Shown: positions 22,501 through 27,935 of the stretch, one piece after another | Position numbering within the stretch: position 1 is the stretch's first letter | Layout of the letters: each line of letters starts with the position of its first letter | NCBI GenBank assembly: GCA_016700375.1 | Contig: CP065016.1 | Coordinates: forward strand, 180,001 to 212,000 | Length of the DNA: 32,000 nucleotides | Origin: Candidatus Saccharimonadota bacterium | Lineage (GTDB): Bacteria; Patescibacteriota; Saccharimonadia; Saccharimonadales; UBA4665 | Direction: 5' to 3' | Notes under the pieces: model-generated | Told to the model about the DNA's origin: nothing | What the model saw: only the letters and a program-made list of their open reading frames with translations | The model's database searches: none | Position numbers and translations under genes: made by a program

Positions 22501-23440
22501 TGACTACTACGGCTATACTGCCTCCGGTGACTCCCCGGATTTCATTACAGATGTAAGTGGCACTGTCACACAGAAGTATCTATCGCTTCCTGGAGGGGTT
22601 AAAGTAACCATTCGTCCAGACAGAGCCAGTGCAGGTGCTCTAACATACAGCCTACCCAATATACACGGTGATGTATTTGCGACTATCGATGCAGACGGCA
22701 AGATACTCGGTACTTACCAAACCGGTCCATTTGGAGAGAAGCTACCAAACCAAACCACTCCCTGGAACACCCTAAACGGTGGTACAATGGGATATGTCGG
22801 TGCAGCCCTAAAGCTCACTGAAGCACAGTTAGCACTTCAGCCTATTCAAATGGGAGCGAGGGTATACATACCAGGACTCGGTAGATTCCTTTCCGTTGAC
22901 CCGGTTCAAGGTGGCACACCAAATAACTATGTGTATCCGGGTGACCCGGTGAATAACCACGACCTAACTGGTACGTTAGCTCCACTTGTTGTTGCACTCG
23001 CACCGTTTGTAGGAAGGGTGGCCGTTGGTGCAGCCGTAAAGATGGCTACAAGCTACGGCGGCAAGAAAGTAGCCCAGCAAGCGGTAACGAAAAGCGTAGC
23101 GAAGAGTGCGACGAAAACGATTACAAATCATGTAGAAAAATCACCCGTAAAGCAGGCGCAAATCGTTAAGAACGCCCAGCAAGGAAGGGCAGCAGAGCAG
23201 CAGGTTAGAAACCAATTGGCAGCTAAATATGGCGAGAAAAATGTAATCAATAAGCCGTATTATAAAACAGAAGCAGGAAGGAGATACCCAGATTTTCAAA
23301 TATTACAGAATAACTCCCCTGTCTTCAATGTAGAAGTAAAGAGTGGTAATGCGATTTATGGAGGAAGCCAATTATATAAAGATGGACTTATATTTGAGGA
23401 AACTGGTATACCAACGTTCCTGATTAGGGTGCCGTCATGA
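16592..23440 (+). CDS. full-length Rhs/YD-repeat polymorphic toxin (signal peptide, beta-rich N-region, 3x PA14, YD shell, Rhs core, nuclease-like C-terminal toxin)
   Basis: 2,282-aa uninterrupted ORF. The likelier start is the ATG at 16604, given the SD. It carries many YD-type repeats (YDxxGR/YxYDxxxRL). The Rhs-associated core ends in MGARVYIPGLGRFLSVDPVQGGTPNNYVYPGDPVNNHDLTG. The C-terminal tip is variable. Confidence 0.95.
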   Translation: MEATMHVLRYFRPTNQNEVKARFRTPLSTRIIAAFFCLSFVTSTFISTAPVSALFGIGSDKKPRPLAVAEQGYIDPSGATGQGTTLGGPEPGKLQQKQPRKEVVSKRTASTKTFDNGDGTAEVRNYMGRGHYKSGNNWKDIDTSLVVDTNAADSSNILGEALSWVKGKTQDLSTYKVAGNDWQARFAPSDDAVGMVRIEADGVKLVLSPMAATPGVTPTIKTMPDGTETVTYINLWPETDVIYTVKNDMLKEDILVKSRSAATSYRFKVAGAKLTVTSDGSVAIGKTKQTLSALTMATSARGVIENSGVKQSVNGDMLTISFDKSWMKSLKANDFPLIIDPSWGRGTSTVSWNYYAYKSDGTICYSNSCFMNAGYLYDRGWKGWRSAFRIDFNVLQGKQLLDAYMHLHKSQRSFWTGTTEGLYTELSHANCLSYNCIDYGSPRHSAWFGTDGDINFTALMQSRMNIGDWGAWFMLNGEERAYTTYKGWDADNSYFVLSYNSGPGMTTPVSPADKQVVVTDQPLLQVNAVGDPDGDAPQYYYRIATNPDAETGSVINSGWLPGQTSFTIPEGRLQDGVTYYWHVYTWDGFWQTNPNWVRSFKYDARLGNDNTSTLDDGGPVDVNLATGNVTTSTGSHTTSALGGSIGLSMTYNSPYRAKSGLWSTYYNNMSFSGNPVLQRLENGFNFPWGTSSPAPGVVSADGFSARYAGYFIAPKTASYAFGFTADDNYSLYLNNETTPATTSGCCAQGNWTMTPRTFTEGQVVPFRLDYSEAGGPGYLHYAVRIDGVEQQIQPQWMKTDPRPLQISNGLSGKYYYDSGSHNFPNDEFSSFLQRRETNMYFNWGEGSPLAYGPTNQFMARYSGFFTAPVAGSYYFGSAGDDGTRIFIRGENTPYQNDWSDHGWRLSYGGEVRLEKGQSIPITADYYENGGGAAFGLYVKGAVAEQIIPAAWLSTKVNPLPEGWQLSVDADGDLAYDYASIQAQSVILYDSEGDQHEYKWTGSSYAPAANEYGVLTRNADGTLTLIDADGKTYTFDSGGRITSVTTPTDDRKPAALKYRYGTSHDPVQNRYITRLLEITDGVDANRWGKLFYSGDTQCGATPSGYQEAPANMLCAFETNDGRRTVFAYLNGQLARVIANGGETATYGYSDSCAPRGLSCVMMSSQQTPLAYDAISAGVRADNPSVNSELSYDIIGRAQDITLPAPTENAFRAKHQYKYLNSATQTKEVGETEPMGYSQRVEYDSLYRTTKAYDKTGKSTIQEWDAVKDLLYSATDATGLKSTTIYDPNDMPVESYGPAPSTWFGADRKPTAAYLSQVPRTATSYDEGMSGLAVTLYKPKTLTGAPVLHATRFNNTPYASFGFSPTEGPTTPRTSEYSYTATGKIRMQYAGTYSFRIWHDDGVRLYIDDKLVINDWVDGADRYSAGTFVNSADSYKRIRIESYHVDNGAPQTMITQLFLATPGGSETADVSPYLKPDYGLQTSQTVYGAPTATGQTATLTSRTNYGNNPELGLVKSVTTDADGPLKLAATSNYEDLATLTSPDKYLRQTNSSLPGGATTRYEYYDTIKKDAQGNYLKDAAGNWAAADPLPNPCDTTKSYRQGGMLRLKTEPDPDGSGPQTGRTVETVYDDAGKVVATRYNQDDWTCTTYDTRERVLTTTVPAYNGKPARTIVNDYAVGGNPLITGSGDGSGNITIETDLLGRNVKYTDAKGNVTTSSYDTKGRLTQRVSKLGTEDYLYDDYDRLTAQKLDGATFASIAYDEFSRVTSVQYPAGQRLDLTRESTSAGLGRLVKRTYNLANDTTLSDEVSRAVTGDVVSGTELGQPKSYSYDTAGRLVAATVAGNTFTYGYGSQDASCAGKPGVATDLSLAGKDSNRTSQTVNGVNTTYCYDQADRLVASSNALYDTPEYDSHGNTTRLGSGDTTTNFTYDSSDRNTGITETNASGSITTTYGRDVQGRLLYRHQDTNGTNVSNDYYGYTASGDSPDFITDVSGTVTQKYLSLPGGVKVTIRPDRASAGALTYSLPNIHGDVFATIDADGKILGTYQTGPFGEKLPNQTTPWNTLNGGTMGYVGAALKLTEAQLALQPIQMGARVYIPGLGRFLSVDPVQGGTPNNYVYPGDPVNNHDLTGTLAPLVVALAPFVGRVAVGAAVKMATSYGGKKVAQQAVTKSVAKSATKTITNHVEKSPVKQAQIVKNAQQGRAAEQQVRNQLAAKYGEKNVINKPYYKTEAGRRYPDFQILQNNSPVFNVEVKSGNAIYGGSQLYKDGLIFEETGIPTFLIRVPS
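16604..16750 (+). other. Sec-type signal peptide / N-terminal anchor of the Rhs protein
   Basis: A long basic n-region (MHVLRYFRPTNQNEVKARFRTPLSTR) is followed by a hydrophobic core (IIAAFFCLSFVTSTFISTAPVSA) with an A-x-A-like end (VSA|LF). Confidence 0.6.
18566..18984 (+). other. PA14 domain 1 of Rhs protein
   Basis: GLWSTYYNNMSFSGNPV...FNFPWG...DGFSARYAGYFIAPKTASYAFGFTADDNYSLYLNNE. This is the classic PA14 signature (GLxxxYY..., F-S-x-R-x-x-G-x-F, DD..xLxL). Confidence 0.7.
19013..19450 (+). other. PA14 domain 2 of Rhs protein
   Basis: GLSGKYYYDSG...MYFNWGEGSP...NQFMARYSGFFTAPVAGSYYFGSAGDDGTRIFIRGE...YYENGGGAAFGLYV. Confidence 0.75.
19540..22972 (+). other. YD-repeat shell plus Rhs-associated core, ending at the DPVNNHDLTG motif (22943-22972)
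   Basis: Repeats include LYDSEGDQHEYKW, DADGKTYTFDSGGRITSV, YDSLYRTTKAYDKTGKST, YDDAGKVVATRY, YTDAKGNVTTSSYDTKGRLTQ, YSYDTAGRLVAAT, YCYDQADRLVAS and FTYDSSDRNTGI. The core signature is R-V-Y-x-P-x-L-G-R-F-L-S-V-D-P. Confidence 0.85.
20567..20965 (+). other. PA14 domain 3 of Rhs protein
   Basis: GLAVTLYKPKTLTGAPV...YSYTATGKIRMQYAGTYSFRIWHDDGVRLYIDDKLVINDW...IRIESYH. It is inserted within the YD-repeat region. Confidence 0.65.
22056..23116 (+). repeat. direct repeat copy A (main rhs 3' core + post-core linker)
   Basis: It pairs with 26203-27263 at a constant offset of 4,147 nt. I count 17 mismatches by manual comparison, with an uninterrupted identical run at 22091-22608. Confidence 0.9.
23117..23437 (+). 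other. C-terminal toxin tip 1: PD-(D/E)xK (restriction-endonuclease-fold)-like nuclease
   Basis: Motif order is GRAAEQQV (E), RRYPDFQIL (PD), FNVEVKSGNA (ExK), GGSQLYKD (Q). This is the first segment unique to the main gene after the region it shares with orphan 2. Confidence 0.6.
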
Positions 23441-23970
23441 AAGCGAATGAATTCTATAATTCCGTCAAAAAATTTGATGTTGTATTTTTAGAAAACGGGT
23501 TTAAGAAGATAAGGCGAAACCAGTACATAAAACCTGGTTTTAAACTGCATGTAGTGCTAGATAGGTGGGGTTGGGAGAAAAAAAGAGGATGGGGCTTTTT
23601 TATCAGAGTTACCGACAATCGCTACGAAGGGCTGTATAGTAGCCATGATTATGCGCACGGCTGCCTCGACATTAATGCGTACTCACTTATAGAACGGCAG
23701 ATACTTAATAGAGAACAATTATATGACATATATGATCATTTGGAGTCACTTGAATCATTGAAGAATGATTACTGGATAACTTTTTACGACACCGAAGAGC
23801 TTGTCAAAGTCTTAGATTTGTTACTCATGCCTGTACTCGAAAATATAGAGTCATGGATAAAATATCAAAAGAAGAAACCGCTAATAACGAATTCATTAAA
23901 GAATAAAGCCAAGAGAAATGAACTTTTAGATGATCTGAAACAAATATTTCCTGATGCAAACATCTCTTAG
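23437..23970 (+). CDS. putative cognate immunity protein 1
   Basis: 177 aa. Its ATG overlaps the rhs stop (ATGA). It is strongly AT-rich relative to the rhs core. The position is typical of polymorphic-toxin immunity genes. No family is confidently recognised; the N-terminus GFKKIRRNQYIKP...F is DUF4304-like by impression only. Confidence 0.7.
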   Translation: MKANEFYNSVKKFDVVFLENGFKKIRRNQYIKPGFKLHVVLDRWGWEKKRGWGFFIRVTDNRYEGLYSSHDYAHGCLDINAYSLIERQILNREQLYDIYDHLESLESLKNDYWITFYDTEELVKVLDLLLMPVLENIESWIKYQKKKPLITNSLKNKAKRNELLDDLKQIFPDANIS

Positions 23971-24675
23971 AGCTAGTCAGACACCACCGGCATGCCGGTG
24001 GCTTGCTGAGTGGGGTCGCCTAAAAGGCGATCGTTGCCCCGCAGTATTAGTTTGATTAGTTAGAAGGCTCCTTGAGCCGATGATGCTGTGTCATCGATCT
24101 CCTGCTCTCTGATGTACTTTCTGATGGCCTGCTCTTCAAATCCAACGCTTGAAACAGCATAGCCCCGGGCCCAGAAATGTTCACCCGTGAAATTTCTGGT
24201 CTTACCGCCGAACTCTCTGGCAATGGCAATAGCGCTTTTGCCCTTCATGAAGCCAATCACTTCAGAGATTTTGTACTTTGGTGGTATCTCCATGAGCATG
24301 TGAACATGATCGGACATGAGATGGCCTTCCAGAATCTTGCATTCTTTTTGGTTAGCCAGCTCGTGAAATATTCTACCCAACCGTGGGCGTATCTCACCGT
24401 AGAGAGCTTTCCTTCTCCCTTTCGGGATGAAGACAATATGGTACTTCAAATCCCATTTTGAATGAGATAAGCTATGGTAGTCTAACGATGTAGACATAGA
24501 TGGTTTCCTTTCAGCGGGGCAACCAATCGCAAGAAGAGCACCCGAAACCTAAACGGTTCCGGGTGCTCTTATTTTCTGGGTTACTACTGGGAAGGTCAAA
24601 CCTTTGCGAGTCACACTAGTAGAACTAGTGGTTTACCTTATGGGGTAATTAGCAACTCTATCTTACGAGGGTCCT
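23971..24675 (-). mobile_element. IS200/IS605-family insertion sequence (IS200 type, tnpA only)
   Basis: The ~705-bp interval between the immunity-1 stop and the first junction element is filled by one Y1-transposase gene plus structured ends. These are an 18-nt perfect palindrome (23984-24001), an 11-bp-stem hairpin (24534-24570) followed by a T-rich run, and the hairpin cactagt-aga-actagtg (24614-24630). The size matches ~0.7-kb IS200 elements. Exact ends are not determinable here. Confidence 0.65.
24060..24497 (-). CDS. tnpA: IS200/IS605 family Y1 (HUH) transposase TnpA
   Basis: 145 aa: SKWDLKYHIVFIPKGRRKALYG..., HUH motif SDHVHMLMEIPPKYKIS, catalytic Tyr context FWARGYAVSSVG. It closely resembles the classical IS200 TnpA layout. 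No tnpB is present. Confidence 0.9.
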   Translation of the reverse strand: MSTSLDYHSLSHSKWDLKYHIVFIPKGRRKALYGEIRPRLGRIFHELANQKECKILEGHLMSDHVHMLMEIPPKYKISEVIGFMKGKSAIAIAREFGGKTRNFTGEHFWARGYAVSSVGFEEQAIRKYIREQEIDDTASSAQGAF

Positions 24676-24764
24676 ACGTGGTTTATCCTCGTGCAGATAA
24701 CAACGATGTGAACTCCCACTTTGACTATCGTATTTGCTACACTAAACCTGTTGCACCTTTAATC
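24676..24764 (+). repeat. junction/leader element copy J1 (parts A+B)
   Basis: acgtggtttatcct (part A) and gatgtgaactcccactttgactatcgtatttgctacactaaacc (part B) recur at 30418-30431 and 30564-30607. Part B also recurs at 26042-26068. Confidence 0.75.
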
Positions 24765-25700
24765 GACTACTACGGCTACACTGCCTCCGGTGACTCCCCA
24801 GATTTCATTACAGACATATCCGGAAACGTCACCGAGAAGTACCTGACCCTGCCAGGTGATGTCCTGGTCACCATCCGACCCTCTCGCCAAAGTGCCGGAG
24901 CACTTACCTATAGTCTACCCAACATCCATGGAGATATCTTTGCGACAGTTGATGCCGATGGAAAGATACTTGGCACCTACCAAACGGGACCATTTGGAGA
25001 GAAACTACCCATAGCACAAACAGGCCAGGTAGCAGGCCAGACAACTACTCAGTGGAATACCCTGAATGGTGCCAGCTTTGCATATGTCGGCCAACATGAG
25101 AAACTAAATGAAGTAGCACTAGCTACGGCACCTGTACAAATGGGCGCTAGAGTGTACATCCCTGGGCTTGGACGGTTCCTGTCTGTTGACCCTATGCCCG
25201 GCGGAACACCTAATTTATATGCTTATACGTCTGATCCAGTAAATGAATTTGATTTAGACGGTAATTGGCCGAGCTTCAAGTCAGTAGTAAAATGGACCAC
25301 ACGTATCGCGGTAGTAGCATCGTTTGTGCCTGGTCCGATTGGAATGATTGGAAGCGGAGTAGCCGCTGCTGGATATGCCTATCAGGGACAAAAAGGAAAA
25401 GCCGCTGCTGCACTAGTTGGCTTCATACCAGGAGGAAAACTAATCTCTAAGGTAGCATCCAAGAGTGGAATGGCGTCAAAGTTAATGACGAAAGTTCTCA
25501 CTGCTCAGGCAAAAGCGAAGGGAATAGGTACAAATAGTAAGCTATTCGGTACACACGGACAGGGGATACTTAATAGTGGCAGATATAGAATAGGGTGGTC
25601 AAAAGATCAGAGCTTTGTAGCATGGCGCATAGGTCAACCAGGTAAACACAATCATTTTATGAATCTTAGAACTAGCATAAAATGGAGAGGTTATAGATGA
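24678..25700 (+). CDS. orphan Rhs C-terminal cassette 1 (core fragment + unrecognised toxin tip)
   Basis: 340-aa ORF with a GTG start of uncertain reality. From 24765 it parallels the main gene (DYYGYTASGDSPDFITD...YSLPNIHGD...GPFGEKL...MGARVYIPGLGRFLSVDP...DPVNEFDLDG, motif at 25233-25262). A unique tip follows. Confidence 0.8.
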   Translation: MVYPRADNNDVNSHFDYRICYTKPVAPLIDYYGYTASGDSPDFITDISGNVTEKYLTLPGDVLVTIRPSRQSAGALTYSLPNIHGDIFATVDADGKILGTYQTGPFGEKLPIAQTGQVAGQTTTQWNTLNGASFAYVGQHEKLNEVALATAPVQMGARVYIPGLGRFLSVDPMPGGTPNLYAYTSDPVNEFDLDGNWPSFKSVVKWTTRIAVVASFVPGPIGMIGSGVAAAGYAYQGQKGKAAAALVGFIPGGKLISKVASKSGMASKLMTKVLTAQAKAKGIGTNSKLFGTHGQGILNSGRYRIGWSKDQSFVAWRIGQPGKHNHFMNLRTSIKWRGYR

Positions 25701-26041
25701 ACCCGATTGACATTATGTACAAATACGCACTAGGGGTGTTTGGTGAAAAACGAGTCCAGCGGACAAAGAATGAACTAGGAGCAATTGACATATACATCCA
25801 CCCCAATATTTCAACAGTTATGACGAACTGTTACCACCCAAGACTAGTACATATCTCCAGTGATGGTGAGTATTACTGGATGTCAATAGATGATTTCCAG
25901 TGGGAGTTTGACGATAATACACAGAATTTTCTTAAAACAACACCAGCCTACCTTGATGCAGTAAAAGATAATACTCTTTACGTTTCAGCTGTGAACATTG
26001 GGAAATTTAAGCTATTTAAAAAATTGGAGATTAAGCTCTAG
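25697..26041 (+). CDS. putative immunity protein for orphan cassette 1
   Basis: 114 aa. It has an ATGA overlap with the upstream toxin ORF, is AT-rich and acidic, and matches no recognised family. Confidence 0.65.
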   Translation: MNPIDIMYKYALGVFGEKRVQRTKNELGAIDIYIHPNISTVMTNCYHPRLVHISSDGEYYWMSIDDFQWEFDDNTQNFLKTTPAYLDAVKDNTLYVSAVNIGKFKLFKKLEIKL

Positions 26042-26192
26042 TTTCACCGCGTTTTGCTACACTTAAACGATAAGTATCTACGCCGCAGCGACCCCACTAA
26101 AAGCTATGCACTTAAGTCGTCCCGAAGGGAAGCTTGATGCCTATGCTCGGTATAAGTCACTGACCATAGATAGGGCGAGGAAAAGAACCAAA
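26042..26192 (+). repeat. junction/leader element copy J2 (partial B + part C)
   Basis: tttcaccgcgttttgctacacttaaac aligns with part B. A 64-nt spacer then precedes cctatgctcggtataagtcactg (26140-26162), which is identical to 30678-30700. Confidence 0.75.
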
Positions 26193-27584
26193 CTCGGCCA
26201 GGCCAAATCCTACAGCTACGATACCGCCGGCAGGCTTGTGGCAGCTACCGTAGCTGGCAATACCTTTACTTATGGTTATGGCTCCCAAGACGCAAGCTGC
26301 GCCGGTAAACCTGGTGTTGCCACAGACCTATCCCTGGCTGGCAAAGATTCAAACAGGACGAGTCAAACGGTCAATGGCGTGAACACTACCTACTGCTACG
26401 ACCAAGCAGACAGGCTGGTAGCCAGCAGCAATGCTCTCTATGACACTCCCGAGTACGACAGCCATGGCAATACCACTCGCCTTGGTTCTGGCGACACCAC
26501 CACCAACTTCACCTACGACAGTAGCGACCGCAACACTGGCATCACCGAAACGAATGCCTCCGGGAGCATCACCACCACCTACGGACGTGATGTTCAGGGC
26601 AGGTTACTTTACCGACATCAGGACACCAACGGAACGAATGTAAGTAATGACTACTACGGCTATACTGCCTCCGGTGACTCCCCGGATTTCATTACAGATG
26701 TAAGTGGCACTGTCACACAGAAGTATCTATCGCTTCCTGGAGGGGTTAAAGTAACTATTCGTCCAGACAGAGCCAGTGCAGGTGCTCTAACATACAGCCT
26801 ACCCAATATACACGGTGATGTATTTGCGACTATCGATGCAGACGGCAAGATACTCGGTACTTACCAAACCGGTCCATTTGGAGAGAAGCTACCAAACCAA
26901 ACCACTCCCTGGAACACCCTAAACGGTGGTACAATGGGATATGTCGGTGCAGCCCTAAAGCTCACTGAAGCACAATTAGCACTTCAGCCCATACAAATGG
27001 GAGCGAGGGTATACATACCAGGACTCGGAAGATTCCTTTCCGTTGACCCAGTACAAGGTGGTACACCAAATAACTATGTGTATCCAGGTGACCCGGTGAA
27101 CAACTATGACCTAACTGGCACATTAGCTCCACTTGTTGTTGCACTCGCACCGTTTGTAGGAAGAGTGGCCGTTGGTGCAGCCGTAAAGATGGCTACAAGC
27201 TACGGCGGCAAGAAAGTAGCCCAGCAAGCGGTAACGAAAAGCGTAGCGAAGAGTGCGACGAAAGCAACAGTTAGACAGGAAGCGAAGGCATCAATACCCC
27301 AAGGCACAAAGCAGGGACTGTACAGTTTCAATGAAAATGGAAGGCAGTACATTGGTAAATCTGTCAACGTACCGAATAGGATTAACACTCATATAGCAAC
27401 CGGAAAGTACCAAGGCGGTGAATTGACAGTAAAGCCCATGCCAGGGGCTACAAACTTGCAGCTTCGTGTTGGCGAACAAACATGGATTAATCGATGTGGG
27501 GGCATCTGTGGCGGTGACCTAAGTAACAAAATTAACTCTGTGAGACCAGAACTTTGGGACCCACTTAGTATTCCTGGCCCGTAA
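26106..27584 (+). CDS. orphan Rhs C-terminal cassette 2 (long core fragment + GIY-YIG-like nuclease tip)
   Basis: 492-aa ORF. Positions 26203-27263 are ~98% identical to 22056-23116 of the main gene. The unique tip (27264-27581) reads GLYSFNENGRQYIGKSVNVPNRINTHI...RVGEQTWIN, matching the GIY...YIG...R...H...E...N order of GIY-YIG nucleases. Confidence 0.85.
   Translation: MHLSRPEGKLDAYARYKSLTIDRARKRTKLGQAKSYSYDTAGRLVAATVAGNTFTYGYGSQDASCAGKPGVATDLSLAGKDSNRTSQTVNGVNTTYCYDQADRLVASSNALYDTPEYDSHGNTTRLGSGDTTTNFTYDSSDRNTGITETNASGSITTTYGRDVQGRLLYRHQDTNGTNVSNDYYGYTASGDSPDFITDVSGTVTQKYLSLPGGVKVTIRPDRASAGALTYSLPNIHGDVFATIDADGKILGTYQTGPFGEKLPNQTTPWNTLNGGTMGYVGAALKLTEAQLALQPIQMGARVYIPGLGRFLSVDPVQGGTPNNYVYPGDPVNNYDLTGTLAPLVVALAPFVGRVAVGAAVKMATSYGGKKVAQQAVTKSVAKSATKATVRQEAKASIPQGTKQGLYSFNENGRQYIGKSVNVPNRINTHIATGKYQGGELTVKPMPGATNLQLRVGEQTWINRCGGICGGDLSNKINSVRPELWDPLSIPGP
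26203..27263 (+). repeat. direct repeat copy B (orphan 2)
   Basis: See copy A. The duplicated alternative-frame ORFs 22284..22496/26431..26643 and 22513..22701/26660..26848 in the ORF track confirm the 4,147-nt offset. Confidence 0.9.
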
Positions 27585-27596
27585 CTGGAGAAAAGA

Positions 27597-27935
27597 ATGG
27601 ATTGGATTTTAAGCTACCCTGAAAAGACGACACGTCAATTATTAAGAGACATATATGATGCTAACCCTTCGGGTTTTGGGAGGGCTAGAGAAATAACCTT
27701 TGTCTTGACGCATATAAAAGACCAAGATGTTGAAATTCTACTCAACGAGCTACACGAAAAAAACTGGGCGACATCGTACTTAAAAAAGACGCCCCATCAT
27801 AGCTCGACAGTGGAATGTCTCCGACGAAACTATGTGCTGGACAACCTCCAGCTCCAGCTTGATGAGAAATATTTTAGTATGCTTGCAAACAAATACGAAA
27901 TAACGTTCGATGGTTGGTTTACCGAGATTGTTTAG
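27597..27935 (+). CDS. putative immunity protein for orphan cassette 2
   Basis: 112 aa. A GGAG-containing 12-nt gap follows the toxin stop. It is AT-rich, and its position is consistent with an immunity gene. Confidence 0.65.
   Translation: MDWILSYPEKTTRQLLRDIYDANPSGFGRAREITFVLTHIKDQDVEILLNELHEKNWATSYLKKTPHHSSTVECLRRNYVLDNLQLQLDEKYFSMLANKYEITFDGWFTEIV

Noticed and set aside
24027-24530. tnpA as a REP-associated (RAYT-like) domesticated transposase because of flanking inverted 16-17-nt repeats
   Set aside because: The protein matches the classical IS200 TnpA layout, and the interval size (~705 bp) equals a complete IS200. I did not notice other copies of the flanking motif in the window. Ordinary IS200 end structures are the simpler explanation.
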